The position numbers and the translations under genes are program-made. The notes below the pieces were generated by a model. The model saw nothing but the letters and a program-made list of their open reading frames with translations. It did not search any database and was not told the origin of the DNA. Of a stretch of 44,423 bases of DNA, positions 1-11,210 are shown piece after piece. Each line of letters opens with the position of its first letter. Within the stretch, counting starts at the first letter, position 1. Source of the DNA: Pseudomonadota bacterium (GTDB lineage Bacteria > Pseudomonadota > Gammaproteobacteria > Burkholderiales > Ferrovaceae); the NCBI GenBank assembly GCA_021811005.1, contig JAJZPY010000001.1, positions 1 to 44,423 of the forward strand, given 5' to 3'.

Positions 1-34
1 CAACAACGGGAAAAAGAACAGAGAGTGGAACACC

Positions 35-1471
35 ATGGGTAAGATCACCGGCTTCATGGAAATCGAAAGGCAGGAACCCCAGTCCCAGCCTCCGGCCGAG
101 CGCATCCGCTCCTATCATGAATTCACGCTCCCCCTGAGCGAGGCGGAAGTGAGCCGCCAGGGCGCGCGCTGCATGGATTGCGGCATTCCCTTTTGCCAGA
201 CGGGCTGTCCAGTCAACAACATTATTCCGGACTGGAACGACCTGGTTTACCGCGGTTACTGGAAAGACGCCCTGGACTCGCTTCACTCCACCAACAATTT
301 CCCGGAATTCACCGGCCGCATTTGCCCGGCCCCCTGTGAGGCCGCCTGTGTCCTGAACATCAACAACGATGCAGTGACCATCAAGAATATCGAACACACC
401 ATCATCGACAAGGGGTGGGAGGAAGGCTGGGTTGTTCCGCAAATCGCACCGGTCAAAACCGGCAAGCGTGTGGCCGTCGTGGGTTCCGGCCCTTCCGGCC
501 TGGCAGCGGCACAGCAGCTGGCGCGCGCCGGTCACGCCGTGGTGGTCTTTGAAAAGAATGACCGGATCGGCGGACTGCTGCGCTACGGCATTCCGGATTT
601 CAAGATGGAAAAGCACCTCATCGATCGTCGCGTGCAGCAAATGCAGGCCGAAGGCGTGGAATTCCGGACCGGACAACACGTGGGCGGCACGCTGCCGGCC
701 CAGGCGCTGCTTGCCGAATTTGACGCGCTGGTCCTGACCGGCGGCTCCGAACATCCGCGCGATCTCACGGTTCCCGGGCGCGAGCTGGCAGGCGTTCACT
801 TCGCCATGTCGTTCCTGCCCCAGCAAAACCGCCGCAATGCGGGCGATGACGTGCCCAACCAGATCACGGCCACCGGCAAGCACGTGGTGGTCATCGGCGG
901 CGGGGATACAGGCTCGGACTGCGTGGGCACGTCCATCCGCCAGGGAGCGGCATCCGTCACCCAGTTCGAATTGATGCCGCGCCCGCCGGAAAAGGAAAAC
1001 AAGCCTCTGGTGTGGCCCAACTACCCCATGAAGCTGCGCACCTCCTCCTCCCAGGAAGAAGGCTGCAACCGCGACTGGAGCGTGGCCACCAAGGCATTCA
1101 AGGGCTCTGATGGCCGCGTGGAAAACCTTTCGGCCATCCGCCTGGAATGGAAAAAGGGCGCCGATGGACAGATGACCATGGCGGAAATCCCGGGCTCCGA
1201 ATTTGAAATCAAGGCAGATCTGGTGCTGCTCGCCATGGGATACCTGCATCCGGTGCATGCCGGCCTGCTGGAACAACTGGGCGTTGCCTTCGACAGCCGC
1301 GGCAATGTGCAGGCCAACACGGATCAGTACCAGACTTCGGTACCGAAAGTTTTTGCCGCGGGCGACATGCGACGCGGTCAATCCCTGGTGGTCTGGGCCA
1401 TCCGCGAAGGCCGCCAGGCGGCGCGTGCCGTGGATGAGTTCCTGATGGGCCACTCGAACCTGCCGCGTTAA
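35..1471 (+). CDS. gltD: glutamate synthase (NADPH) small subunit
   Basis: 478-aa ORF with an ATG start. It has N-terminal Fe-S cysteine clusters ([18 protein letters not shown]) and dinucleotide-binding motifs [14 protein letters not shown] and GGGDTGSDC. Length and layout match GltD. Confidence 0.92.
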   Translation: MGKITGFMEIERQEPQSQPPAERIRSYHEFTLPLSEAEVSRQGARCMDCGIPFCQTGCPVNNIIPDWNDLVYRGYWKDALDSLHSTNNFPEFTGRICPAPCEAACVLNINNDAVTIKNIEHTIIDKGWEEGWVVPQIAPVKTGKRVAVVGSGPSGLAAAQQLARAGHAVVVFEKNDRIGGLLRYGIPDFKMEKHLIDRRVQQMQAEGVEFRTGQHVGGTLPAQALLAEFDALVLTGGSEHPRDLTVPGRELAGVHFAMSFLPQQNRRNAGDDVPNQITATGKHVVVIGGGDTGSDCVGTSIRQGAASVTQFELMPRPPEKENKPLVWPNYPMKLRTSSSQEEGCNRDWSVATKAFKGSDGRVENLSAIRLEWKKGADGQMTMAEIPGSEFEIKADLVLLAMGYLHPVHAGLLEQLGVAFDSRGNVQANTDQYQTSVPKVFAAGDMRRGQSLVVWAIREGRQAARAVDEFLMGHSNLPR

Positions 1472-1480
1472 GGCCTGACG

Positions 1481-2536
1481 ATGCTCCAGAACGACACTTT
1501 CCTGAAGGCCCTGCTGCGCCAGCCCACGCCTTATACCCCGCTCTGGATCATGCGCCAGGCCGGGCGTTATCTGCCCGAATACAACGCCACGCGTGCCCGC
1601 GCCGGCAGCTTTCTGGACCTGTGCAAAAATCCGGACCTGGCGACCGAAGTCACCCTGCAGCCGCTGGCCCGCTACCCGCTTGACGCCGCCATACTCTTTT
1701 CCGACATCCTGACGATCCCGGATGCCATGGGCCTGGGACTCTATTTCTCGGATGGGGAAGGTCCCAAGCTGGAACGGCCGCTGCGCGACGAATGGGAAGT
1801 TCGCAACCTGTCGGCCCCGGACCCCACCGTCCATCTGCGCTATGTGCTGGACGCCGTGGCCCAGATCCGGCAAGCCCTGTCCGGCTCGGTGCCGCTCATC
1901 GGTTTTTCCGGCAGTCCCTTCACGCTGGCGTGCTACATGGTTGAAGGGGGCGGATCAGACGACTTCCGGCACATCAAAGGCATGCTCTACCGTCGCCCGG
2001 ATCTGCTCCACCGCATTCTCGAAGTGACCACCGAAGCGGTCATTCTCTACCTCAATGCCCAGATCGAAGCGGGCGCCCAGGCCGTCATGGTGTTCGACAC
2101 CTGGGGGGGGACCCTGTCGTCGGCAGCCTACCAGGAATTTTCGCTGGCTTACCTGTCCCGCATCGCAGCCGCACTCACGCGTCATGCGGAAGGCCGGCGC
2201 GTTCCCAGCATCGTCTTTACCAAAGGCGGCAGCCTGTGGCTGGAATCCATCGCCAACGCCGGATTCGATGCCGTCGGACTGGACTGGACCATCGACATCG
2301 GACAAGCCCGGCACCGGGTTGGGGATCGCGTGGCGTTGCAGGGCAACATGGATCCTGCCGTCCTGTTTGGGACACCCGATGCGATTCGTCGCGAGGTAGC
2401 CCAGGTACTGGACAGTTTTGGACCGGGCGCCGGACACGTGTTTAACCTGGGTCATGGCATTTCCCGCTTTACCGATCCGGAAAACGTGGCCGTCCTGGTT
2501 GATGCGGTCCATTCACTCAGCCGCAATTCCCGTTGA
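1481..2536 (+). CDS. hemE: uroporphyrinogen decarboxylase
   Basis: 351-aa ORF with ATG 9 nt after the gltD stop. The URO-D signature [15 protein letters not shown] lies near the N-terminus, and the length is typical for HemE. Confidence 0.95.
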   Translation: MLQNDTFLKALLRQPTPYTPLWIMRQAGRYLPEYNATRARAGSFLDLCKNPDLATEVTLQPLARYPLDAAILFSDILTIPDAMGLGLYFSDGEGPKLERPLRDEWEVRNLSAPDPTVHLRYVLDAVAQIRQALSGSVPLIGFSGSPFTLACYMVEGGGSDDFRHIKGMLYRRPDLLHRILEVTTEAVILYLNAQIEAGAQAVMVFDTWGGTLSSAAYQEFSLAYLSRIAAALTRHAEGRRVPSIVFTKGGSLWLESIANAGFDAVGLDWTIDIGQARHRVGDRVALQGNMDPAVLFGTPDAIRREVAQVLDSFGPGAGHVFNLGHGISRFTDPENVAVLVDAVHSLSRNSR

Positions 2537-2805
2537 CAAACAGATAATTTGCTGCATTCAGTGATTGTGCTTATGCACAATTGTCATCGTTTGGTCACAA
2601 ACGTATAAGAATCAAGCTCTTCTGAGTGGCGCAAGCATAGTTCATTGTTTTTTATGGATTATTTTACAGCTTGCTGCCGGTCTTCCCTCAGCCTGCGCCA
2701 AAAGAAGGCCCGCATTTGGGGCCACGACGGGAGTTATGAACAGACTTATCCACAGCCTTGCAGCATCAGGATTTCAGGGCAAAAACCCCTGAAAACCCGC
2801 GCCCC
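2537..2805. promoter_or_regulatory. AT-rich hemE-priA intergenic region with DnaA-box-like 9-mers and an 18-bp palindrome
   Basis: TTATGCACA at 2571-2579 fits TTATNCACA and sits inside the palindrome ATTGTGC-TTAT-GCACAAT (2564-2581). TTATGAACA (2734-2742) and a perfect TTATCCACA (2746-2754) lie in direct orientation 3 nt apart, about 50 nt upstream of the priA ATG. The region is visibly AT-richer than the flanking coding DNA. Confidence 0.35.
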
Positions 2806-4785
2806 ATGCCGATAGTTCAGGTGGCTTTCGATCTCCCGCTGGATCGGCTGTTCGACTACCTTGCTCCTGATGCAACGAATGCCGACACGGGGCGGCGCAT
2901 CCTGGCGCCGTTCGGCCCAGGCCAGAAAGTGGGCGTGATTCTCGCCGTCAGCAACGAAAGCCAATGGCCGGAACAACAATTGCGCCCGGTGACCGCCATT
3001 TGGCGCGATACGCCACCGTTTTCTCCCGACGACCTGAAACTGTTGCGCTTCTGCAGCACCTATTACCACCATCCGCTGGGGGCGGTCCTGCTCAATGCCC
3101 TGCCGCCCGGGCTTCGCCGGATCAAGGGCTGGTCTCCGCCCCGTCGGCGCCGGAAGGCTGATCTCGTGCAACCCGCCGTTGCACCTGTGCTGACCGGAGA
3201 ACAGGACGCTGCGGTTCGTTCCGTGTTGTCCGGGAACGGCACATTTCAGCCTGTTCTGCTGCACGGGGTCACGGGCAGCGGCAAGACGGAGATCTACCTC
3301 CGTCTGATTGAACAACAGGTCGCACAGGGCCGCCAGATCCTGGTTCTGACCCCCGAAATCAGCCTGACACCGCAACTGGAGCAGCGCTTTCGCGAACGGC
3401 TGCCGGGCATTGCCCTGGTGAGCATGCACAGCGGCCTGGGAGAAAAGGAAAGGGCGGCACGATGGCTTGAAGCCCAAAGCGGCGAGGCCGCGGTGGTACT
3501 GGGCACGCGTTCGGCCATTTTCTGCCCGATGCCTCGGCTGGGATTGATCGTGGTGGATGAAGAACACGACAGTTCTTACAAGCAGCAGGAAGGGCTGCGC
3601 TATTCCGCCCGCGATCTGGCTTTGGTCCGGGCCCAGCAATTGCAAATTCCCGTCATTCTCGGATCAGCCACCCCTGCCCTTGAGACTTGGTGGAATGCCC
3701 AGGCGGGCCGCTACCGCCTGCTCAGTCTTTCGGCCCGCGCCATTCCTGGCGCACGGCTGCCTGCCATCCGGCTGATCGAAACACCTGCAGCCCGCGCCCA
3801 GGACATCGCGCCGGTGGTACTGGAAGCCATCGGCTACCGCATGGCTCGCAACGAACAAAGCCTGATTTTCGTCAACCGGCGCGGCTATGCCCCTGTTTTG
3901 TTTTGCCCGCAGTGCCACTGGATCAGTGGTTGCAGCCGTTGTACGGCCAAGATGGTCGTTCACCTGCGCTCGCACGAATTGCGCTGCCACCATTGCGGCC
4001 TGAAACGCCCCATCCCGAAACACTGTCCGGATTGCGGCAACACCCATCTCGACACCCTGGGTTCCGGCACCCAGAAAATCGAAGCAAGGCTGCGCAGTCA
4101 CTTCCCGTCGGCACGCATTTTGAGACTGGACAGCGACTCCCTGACCCGTCGCGATGCCTGGGAAGAAACCTTGCGCACCATTCACGCAGGTGAAGTGGAT
4201 ATCCTGGTGGGCACCCAGTTGCTGGTCAAAGGGCACGATTTTCCCAAGATCACCCTGGTGGCGGCACTGGGAGCGGACCAGGCGCTCTACAGCAGTGACT
4301 TTCGCAGCAGCGAGCGACTTTTTGCCCAACTGGTCCAAGTGGCAGGGCGCGCCGGCCGGGCTGCGGACCGGGGCGAGGTCCTGATTCAGACAGCCTTTCC
4401 TGGCCACCCCTTGTTCCAGGCCCTGCTGGCCCACGACTACCCCGGTTTCGCCCAGCGTGAACTGGACGAGCGCCGCCTCACCGGGTTTCCTCCATTCGCC
4501 TACCAGGCACTGCTGCGCGCTGCTTCCGAAAACCCCGATGCCCTGGAAAAATTCATGAAGGATGCAGCCGCGGCCGCTCCGGCGCTGTCCTCCGGCATGG
4601 AAATTTACGACCCGGTTCCGCCACCGCTCGCCAAAATTGCCGGAAAGGCCCGCCTGCAATTGCTCGTGCAGGCCGGCCATCGCACACGGCTGCAGGAATT
4701 TTTGACCGCTTGGGAAACACCGCTGCAAGCCCTGGCACCACGCTCCGTGCAGTGGTCCCTGGACGTGGACCCGACAGAGCTATGA
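2806..4785 (+). CDS. priA: primosomal protein N' (replication restart helicase PriA)
   Basis: The track ORF starts at a TTG at 2758. I prefer the ATG at 2806 (MPIVQVAFDLPLDRLFDY), a typical PriA N-terminus. Supporting motifs are Walker A GVTGSGKTEIY, VVDEEHD, and the Cys-rich zinc-binding insert CPQCHW..CSRC..CHHCG..CPDCG. Confidence 0.92.
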   Translation: MPIVQVAFDLPLDRLFDYLAPDATNADTGRRILAPFGPGQKVGVILAVSNESQWPEQQLRPVTAIWRDTPPFSPDDLKLLRFCSTYYHHPLGAVLLNALPPGLRRIKGWSPPRRRRKADLVQPAVAPVLTGEQDAAVRSVLSGNGTFQPVLLHGVTGSGKTEIYLRLIEQQVAQGRQILVLTPEISLTPQLEQRFRERLPGIALVSMHSGLGEKERAARWLEAQSGEAAVVLGTRSAIFCPMPRLGLIVVDEEHDSSYKQQEGLRYSARDLALVRAQQLQIPVILGSATPALETWWNAQAGRYRLLSLSARAIPGARLPAIRLIETPAARAQDIAPVVLEAIGYRMARNEQSLIFVNRRGYAPVLFCPQCHWISGCSRCTAKMVVHLRSHELRCHHCGLKRPIPKHCPDCGNTHLDTLGSGTQKIEARLRSHFPSARILRLDSDSLTRRDAWEETLRTIHAGEVDILVGTQLLVKGHDFPKITLVAALGADQALYSSDFRSSERLFAQLVQVAGRAGRAADRGEVLIQTAFPGHPLFQALLAHDYPGFAQRELDERRLTGFPPFAYQALLRAASENPDALEKFMKDAAAAAPALSSGMEIYDPVPPPLAKIAGKARLQLLVQAGHRTRLQEFLTAWETPLQALAPRSVQWSLDVDPTEL

Positions 4786-4807
4786 GGGTTGCAGCCGGGC
4801 CATTATA

Positions 4808-6607
4808 ATGTCGGATTCGAACCGAGATCCCATGAGCGAATCACAGACCCTGTCGTTGTCCGACCGCATCCTGGCGCTGTTCCACGCCGCCGTGCGGACC
4901 GTGGCTCCCGATGTACCCGTTTCCATCGTGCTGGAACGCCCGCGCCAGGCAGGGCATGGCGAATATGCCAGCACCCTGGCGCTGCAGCTCGCCAAATCCT
5001 TGCAACGGCCGCCGCGCGACATTGCCCAGGCGCTGGTTACGGCCCTGCCGGCTTCCACCCTTGTGGAAAAGGTGGAAATTGCGGGTCCCGGCTTCATCAA
5101 CGTGTTTCTCACGGCGGCCGCAAAACAGTCCGTGGTGTCGGAAGTGCTGCAGGCCGGCTCTCGTTGGGGCACTGTCAACGTCGGTCATGGCCGGCGGGTG
5201 CAAGTGGAATTCGTTTCAAGCAACCCGACCGGCCCCCTTCACGTGGGACATGGACGGGGCGCAGCCTTCGGCGCCTCGCTGGCCAACGTGCTGGCCAAAG
5301 CCGGCTACCACGTGCAGCGGGAGTATTACGTCAATGACGCCGGTCGGCAGATGGATATACTGGCCGTCTCCACCTGGCTGCGCTACCTCGCTGAATTCGG
5401 CTCCCGGATTCCTTTTCCCCCCAACGGGTACCAGGGCGACTACGTCGCTTCCATGGCCGGCCACCTGCGGAAGGCCACCGGGCACAAGCTGGTTCACCCC
5501 GATGAAGTCGTTCTTGCAGGAACCCCTGGCATCGCCTCCCCATTGCGGGAAGGGGACAAGGATGCCGAAGCGCAAAACGAAGCACACATGGACGCGCTGA
5601 TTGCCAATGCCAAATCCCTGTTGGGCGACGGCTACAGGACCGTGCATCAGCTGGCGCTTCATGAACAGCTGACCGATTGCCGGGAAGACCTGGAAGCATT
5701 TGGCGTCGTGTTTGACCGCTGGTTTTCCGAACAGTCGCTGTACGATGACGGATCGGTTGCCCGTGCCGTCGAGCGGCTTGCGGCCGCAGGACACCTGTAC
5801 GAGCAGGATGGTGCCCGCTGGTTCCGGTCCTCGGCGTTTGGTGACGAAAAAGACCGTGTCGTGCAACGAGAAAACGGCATCTTTACGTACTTCGCTTCCG
5901 ACATCGCCTATCACGTCAACAAATTCGAGCGCGGCTTCGACATGATCGTTGACGTGTGGGGTGCCGACCACCACGGTTACATCCCCCGCGTCAGGGCGGC
6001 CTTGACCGCGCTGGGCTACGAGGCCCGGCACCTGCAGGTCCCCCTGGTCCAGTTCGTCAGCCTGTACCGCCATGGCGAAAAGGCCCAGATGTCCACGCGC
6101 AAGGGCCAGTTCGTCACGTTGCGGGAACTGCGCACAGAAGTGGGCTCTGATGCCGCCCGTTTCTTCTATGTGCTGCGAAAATCAGACCAGCATCTCGATT
6201 TCGATCTGGATCTGGCCAAGTCCGAAAGCAATGACAATCCGGTGTACTACGTCCAGTACGCCCACGCCCGCATTCACAGCGTCCTGCAGAAGTGGGGCGG
6301 AAACCCGGCCTTGTTGGCCGGCGTGCCGCTGGATGCGCTCGGGAGCCCGCAGGAGTTCAGCCTCATGCAATGGCTTCGGGCCTATCCGGAAGTCATCGAG
6401 TCGGCAGCGCACGACCACGCACCGCACCTGCTGGCTTTCTATCTCAAAGACCTGGCTGCCGCGCTGCACAGCTACTACAACGCCGCCCAGTTCCTGGTGC
6501 CTGAGGAATCGCTCAAGCTGGCCCGTCTGGCCTTGATCGGCGCGGTCGCGACCACCCTGCGCGACGGCCTGCAACTGCTGGGGGTGCGCGCCCCCGAATC
6601 CATGTAG
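4808..6607 (+). CDS. argS: arginine--tRNA ligase
   Basis: 599-aa ORF with the class I HIGH motif (SSNPTGPLHVGHGRG), the MSTRKG (KMSKS-equivalent) motif and an ArgRS-like C-terminal anticodon-binding region. The start could be the ATG at 4808 or the ATG at 4832 (M9). A TATAAT hexamer overlaps the first ATG, so 4832 is a real alternative. Confidence 0.92.
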   Translation: MSDSNRDPMSESQTLSLSDRILALFHAAVRTVAPDVPVSIVLERPRQAGHGEYASTLALQLAKSLQRPPRDIAQALVTALPASTLVEKVEIAGPGFINVFLTAAAKQSVVSEVLQAGSRWGTVNVGHGRRVQVEFVSSNPTGPLHVGHGRGAAFGASLANVLAKAGYHVQREYYVNDAGRQMDILAVSTWLRYLAEFGSRIPFPPNGYQGDYVASMAGHLRKATGHKLVHPDEVVLAGTPGIASPLREGDKDAEAQNEAHMDALIANAKSLLGDGYRTVHQLALHEQLTDCREDLEAFGVVFDRWFSEQSLYDDGSVARAVERLAAAGHLYEQDGARWFRSSAFGDEKDRVVQRENGIFTYFASDIAYHVNKFERGFDMIVDVWGADHHGYIPRVRAALTALGYEARHLQVPLVQFVSLYRHGEKAQMSTRKGQFVTLRELRTEVGSDAARFFYVLRKSDQHLDFDLDLAKSESNDNPVYYVQYAHARIHSVLQKWGGNPALLAGVPLDALGSPQEFSLMQWLRAYPEVIESAAHDHAPHLLAFYLKDLAAALHSYYNAAQFLVPEESLKLARLALIGAVATTLRDGLQLLGVRAPESM

Positions 6608-6617
6608 GAGGTCGTTC

Positions 6618-7304
6618 ATGGCGCAGCGAGAGGCTGGACAACAAGGCAGGAAATCGTCTTCACGGGAACACCCCTTTCTCAGGGGCCTGCTGATCGGGCT
6701 GGTGTTGGGTGTCAGTCTTTCTGCAGGGGTGGCCCTGTACGTGACCCACATGCCCAGCCCATTCGTTGCCCATTCGGGGCAATCCTCCACGGCCCCGGAT
6801 CATCCGCCCGCTGAAATGCCGGATATTTCCCGCCACGGGCTCATGAACCCAAGCCCGGTCACATCCGAAAGTGCCGCTCCGGTTCCTGCGGCAACTCCTG
6901 AGGCGGCGCCAACCGCGGCCCCCGTGTCGGGTGTCGCACCCGGCACACCCGGCGCCACGCTCCCCCTGCCCGCGCCCACACCCCAGGCGCCGCCCGTCAC
7001 CCCAGCGGTCAAGGCACCGGAACCCGCCACCCAGGCCCCCATCTCATATTTCGTCCAGACCGGGGCTTTTGGCAAGCAGGAAGAAGCCGACAACCAGCGT
7101 GCCCATCTGGCGCTTTTAGGTATCGATGCCACGGTCCTCTCACCTGAAACGGCGGACCGCCAATCGCTCTACCGCGTTCGTATCGGCCCGATGTCGACAG
7201 TCGACGAAGTCCGGACCCTGGTGGCCACACTTAAAAACAACGGCCTGTCTGCAAACATCATTAAAGTGACCTCTGTCAAAACCAAGGACACCACAGTCCA
7301 TTAA
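6618..7304 (+). CDS. SPOR domain-containing membrane protein (FtsN-like, septal peptidoglycan binding)
   Basis: ATG at 6618 is preceded by AGGAGG (6606-6611). The protein has a short basic N-terminus, one TM helix (LLIGLVLGVSLSAGVALYV), a Pro/Ala-rich linker, and a C-terminal SPOR-like domain (YFVQTGAFGKQEEADNQRAHLALLGIDA...YRVRIGPM). Confidence 0.85.
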   Translation: MAQREAGQQGRKSSSREHPFLRGLLIGLVLGVSLSAGVALYVTHMPSPFVAHSGQSSTAPDHPPAEMPDISRHGLMNPSPVTSESAAPVPAATPEAAPTAAPVSGVAPGTPGATLPLPAPTPQAPPVTPAVKAPEPATQAPISYFVQTGAFGKQEEADNQRAHLALLGIDATVLSPETADRQSLYRVRIGPMSTVDEVRTLVATLKNNGLSANIIKVTSVKTKDTTVH

Positions 7305-7324
7305 TCCAAGGAGACGGAAACATC

Positions 7325-7963
7325 ATGAAATGGATAGTCGCCGCAGGCAGGACGATGATTTCTGCCGTTTTGTTGCTCTCGATTTCGTCGTTTGCTGCCG
7401 TGGTGGATCGCGATTACACCCTGGTTTCACCCCCTCAGCCGGTGGACACGCCCCACAAGGTCGAGGTGGTGGAAGTCTTTTCCTACGCCTGCCCGCACTG
7501 TGCCGCCTTGGCTCCTGTCATCGAACCCTGGGCCAGGAAACTTCCTTCCAACGTGGTGTACAAGCGCATTCCCGTCAGTTTCGGCCGTTCCCAGTGGACC
7601 GTACTGGCCCGCGCCTACTACGCACTGGATGCCATGAATGAAGCGAACCGCCTGCAGGAGAAAATTTTTACGGCCATCCACACCGAACACATCAACCTTT
7701 TTTCCCAGGATGTGCTGTTCGACTGGATTGAAAAGCAGGGAGTGAACCGCCAGAAGTTCATCAGCGCGTTCAATTCCTTTGCCGTGCAAAGTGAAGTGAT
7801 GCGTGGCGACCAGAAGGCCATGGCCTATGGAGTGGATTCGGTGCCCATGCTGATCGTGGACGGAAAGTACCGCACGTCACCCAGCATGGCTGGCAGCATC
7901 AACGCCGTGTTTCCGATCCTGAACGATCTGATCCAGAAAGCGCTCAAAGACCGCAAGCCCTGA
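7325..7963 (+). CDS. dsbA: thiol:disulfide interchange protein DsbA
   Basis: ATG at 7325 is preceded by AAGGAGA. The protein has a signal-peptide-like N-terminus, the CPHC active site in a thioredoxin-fold context (FSYACPHCAAL), and a length of 212 aa. Confidence 0.9.
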   Translation: MKWIVAAGRTMISAVLLLSISSFAAVVDRDYTLVSPPQPVDTPHKVEVVEVFSYACPHCAALAPVIEPWARKLPSNVVYKRIPVSFGRSQWTVLARAYYALDAMNEANRLQEKIFTAIHTEHINLFSQDVLFDWIEKQGVNRQKFISAFNSFAVQSEVMRGDQKAMAYGVDSVPMLIVDGKYRTSPSMAGSINAVFPILNDLIQKALKDRKP

Positions 7964-7982
7964 TTTCGACGGTGGCCGCCGT

Positions 7983-9335
7983 TCAGCTTTTCTTGGCCGG
8001 CCGTTTCCACCGCGCCACGGTCATTTGCTTGGAGCGGGACAAAGTCAGCTGGTCCGCGGGCACCGCAGTGACGATGGTGGACCCGGCACCAATGGTGGCT
8101 CCGCGACCGACCGTAACCGGAGCCACCAGCTGGGTATCCGACCCAATGAACACGTCATCTTCGATGACGGTCCGGTGTTTGTTGACCCCGTCGTAATTGC
8201 AGGTGATGGTGCCGGCGCCCACGTTGACGCGGGCGCCGACCGTGCTGTCGCCCACGTACGAAAGATGGTTGGCCTTGGTTTCTTCGCCGAGAACGCTGTT
8301 TTTTATTTCCACGAAATTCCCGATGTGGACTTCGGCTGCCATCTCCGTTCCGGGCCGAAGCCGGGCGTAGGGTCCGATCCTGCAGTTGCGCCCCACGCGT
8401 GCGCCGTCCATATGGCTGAAGGGCTGTACAACGGTGCCCGCCCCGACATGGCTGTCGCGAATCACGCAGTGGGCACCGACACTGACACCGTCCTCCAGCA
8501 CCACGTCGCCTTCAAACACGCAGCCCACGTCAATTTGCACATCGCGACCGCATGACAGGCTTCCGCGCACATCCAGGCGCTCGGGATCGGCCAGCGTGAC
8601 GCCTGATTCCAGCAGCTTGTCGGCTGTTTCGCGCTGAAACAGGCGTTCCAGCTGGGCGAGCTGTTTTTTGCTGTTCACGCCAAGCGCTTCCCAGAAATGG
8701 CCAGGACGGCAGGTGCGGATGAGAATGCCATCGCGCACGGCCAGGGACACCACGTCCGTCAGGTAATACTCGTTTTGGTCATTGTCGCAGGAGAGCTGTT
8801 CAAGCCATCCCCCCAGCCGTTCTGCCGGCAATGCCATGATGCCGGTGTTGACTTCGGTGATGGCGCGTTCCGATTCGTTGGCATCGCGCTCTTCCCGGAT
8901 TCCGGTCACTGCGCCCGCCGTATTGCGCAAAATGCGGCCATACCCCTGCGGCTGGTCCAATTCCTGGACCAGCAAGGCCAGCGCTCCGTCCGCGGCGGAC
9001 AAGGCAAGGCCATGAAGCGTTTCCGGTTGCAGTAGCGGCACGTCCCCGTAAAGCACGAGAACGGTACCTTGGGAAGGAAGCAGGGGAAGCGCCTGCATGA
9101 GGGCATGGCCGGTGCCCTGCTGCGGCTCCTGCAAGGCCCATTGAATGGTTGGACCGGAAAGCGCGGACTGGACGGCCTGTGCGCCGTGGCCATGAACCAC
9201 CACCACCGTTTGCGGCCGGAGGTGTCCGGCCGCTTCCAGCACATGTTGCAGCAGGGGCTTTCCTGCCAGCCGGTGCAGCACCTTGGGCAGTGCCGAGTGC
9301 ATGCGTTTGCCTTGCCCTGCGGCAAGGATGACCAC
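7983..9335 (-). CDS. glmU: bifunctional UDP-N-acetylglucosamine diphosphorylase / glucosamine-1-phosphate N-acetyltransferase
   Basis: 450-aa ORF with a GTG start 20 nt after the atpC stop. It has the N-terminal nucleotidyltransferase motif [10 protein letters not shown] and a C-terminal hexapeptide-repeat beta-helix ([13 protein letters not shown]...[12 protein letters not shown]). The atpC-glmU linkage is classic. Confidence 0.95.
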   Translation of the reverse strand: MVILAAGQGKRMHSALPKVLHRLAGKPLLQHVLEAAGHLRPQTVVVVHGHGAQAVQSALSGPTIQWALQEPQQGTGHALMQALPLLPSQGTVLVLYGDVPLLQPETLHGLALSAADGALALLVQELDQPQGYGRILRNTAGAVTGIREERDANESERAITEVNTGIMALPAERLGGWLEQLSCDNDQNEYYLTDVVSLAVRDGILIRTCRPGHFWEALGVNSKKQLAQLERLFQRETADKLLESGVTLADPERLDVRGSLSCGRDVQIDVGCVFEGDVVLEDGVSVGAHCVIRDSHVGAGTVVQPFSHMDGARVGRNCRIGPYARLRPGTEMAAEVHIGNFVEIKNSVLGEETKANHLSYVGDSTVGARVNVGAGTITCNYDGVNKHRTVIEDDVFIGSDTQLVAPVTVGRGATIGAGSTIVTAVPADQLTLSRSKQMTVARWKRPAKKS

Positions 9336-9355
9336 ACTGGGTGCGGTCAGGGTGT

Positions 9356-9781
9356 TCAGTGCCCGGCCTTGCGCAACCGCTTGATGGTTGCGAGCTGCGC
9401 CATGGCATCAGCCAGTTCTGCTGTTGCCTTGGCATAATCGATTTCCGCCGAGCGGTCGTGCAACGCTTCTTCGGCCAGACGTTTGGCTTCCAGGGCTTTT
9501 GCCTCATCCAGATCATGGCCACGGACTGCGGTGTCTGCCAGTACCGTGACACTGTCGGGCTGAACTTCAAGAATCCCGCCGGAAACAAACACGAGCTCTT
9601 CGTCGGCCTGGTCAGGCAGGCGCAGCCGGACCGCGCCCGCGCGAATGCGGGTGATCAGCGGCGTGTGCCGCGGGTAGATACCCAGTTCACCCAGTTCGCC
9701 GGGCAGGACGACAAATTCGGCATTGCCCGAAAAGATCTGCTCTTCGGCACTGACGACGTCCACATGGATCAGGTTGGCCAT
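9356..9781 (-). CDS. atpC: F0F1 ATP synthase subunit epsilon
   Basis: The track ORF starts at a GTG at 9784. The next codon is an ATG at 9781 ([19 protein letters not shown]) with GGAG upstream. Sequence and position after atpD fit epsilon. Confidence 0.93.
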   Translation of the reverse strand: MANLIHVDVVSAEEQIFSGNAEFVVLPGELGELGIYPRHTPLITRIRAGAVRLRLPDQADEELVFVSGGILEVQPDSVTVLADTAVRGHDLDEAKALEAKRLAEEALHDRSAEIDYAKATAELADAMAQLATIKRLRKAGH

Positions 9782-9793
9782 CACAACACTCCG

Positions 9794-11182
<1,389 letters not shown>

Positions 11183-11210
11183 CTAAACGTTATCTATGTA
11201 TGAATTGGGT

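Noticed and set aside
2565-2792. 75-aa ORF (TTG start) filling the hemE-priA intergenic region, partly hydrophobic.
   Set aside because: It has a non-ATG start, no SD, and AT-rich composition unlike the coding DNA of this genome. It reads through the DnaA-box and palindrome elements into priA. It is more parsimoniously non-coding regulatory DNA.
4803-4830. TCGGATTCGAACCGA (4811-4825) is the reverse complement of a tRNA T-arm consensus (GGTTCGAATCC), next to a TATAAT hexamer (4803-4808) at the 5' end of argS. This could be a tRNA gene, a tRNA-derived att remnant or a leader structure.
   Set aside because: No complementary acceptor stem, D-arm or anticodon arm, and no CCA context, can be built on either strand. 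There are no integrase genes or direct repeats nearby. The sequence may simply be codons 2-6 of ArgRS if the ATG at 4808 is used. I keep it only as a note on the argS start ambiguity (4808 versus 4832).
6780-7040. Repetitive-looking GC-rich DNA in the SPOR gene. Similar stretches occur in the yidC Ala/Thr/Pro linker (about 23390-23480) and the topA Lys/Ala tail (30464-30610). These were considered as possible tandem repeats or VNTRs.
   Set aside because: They are low-complexity coding linkers without an exact repeating nucleotide unit, and the reading frames stay open and in register with the flanking conserved domains.
7964-7982. Possible bidirectional terminator in the 19-nt dsbA/glmU convergent gap (ACGGTGGCCGCCGT).
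   Set aside because: The stem is short and imperfect (4-bp outer arms plus an internal GGCC), overlaps the glmU stop region and has no flanking T/A tracts. It cannot be supported without folding or Term-seq.
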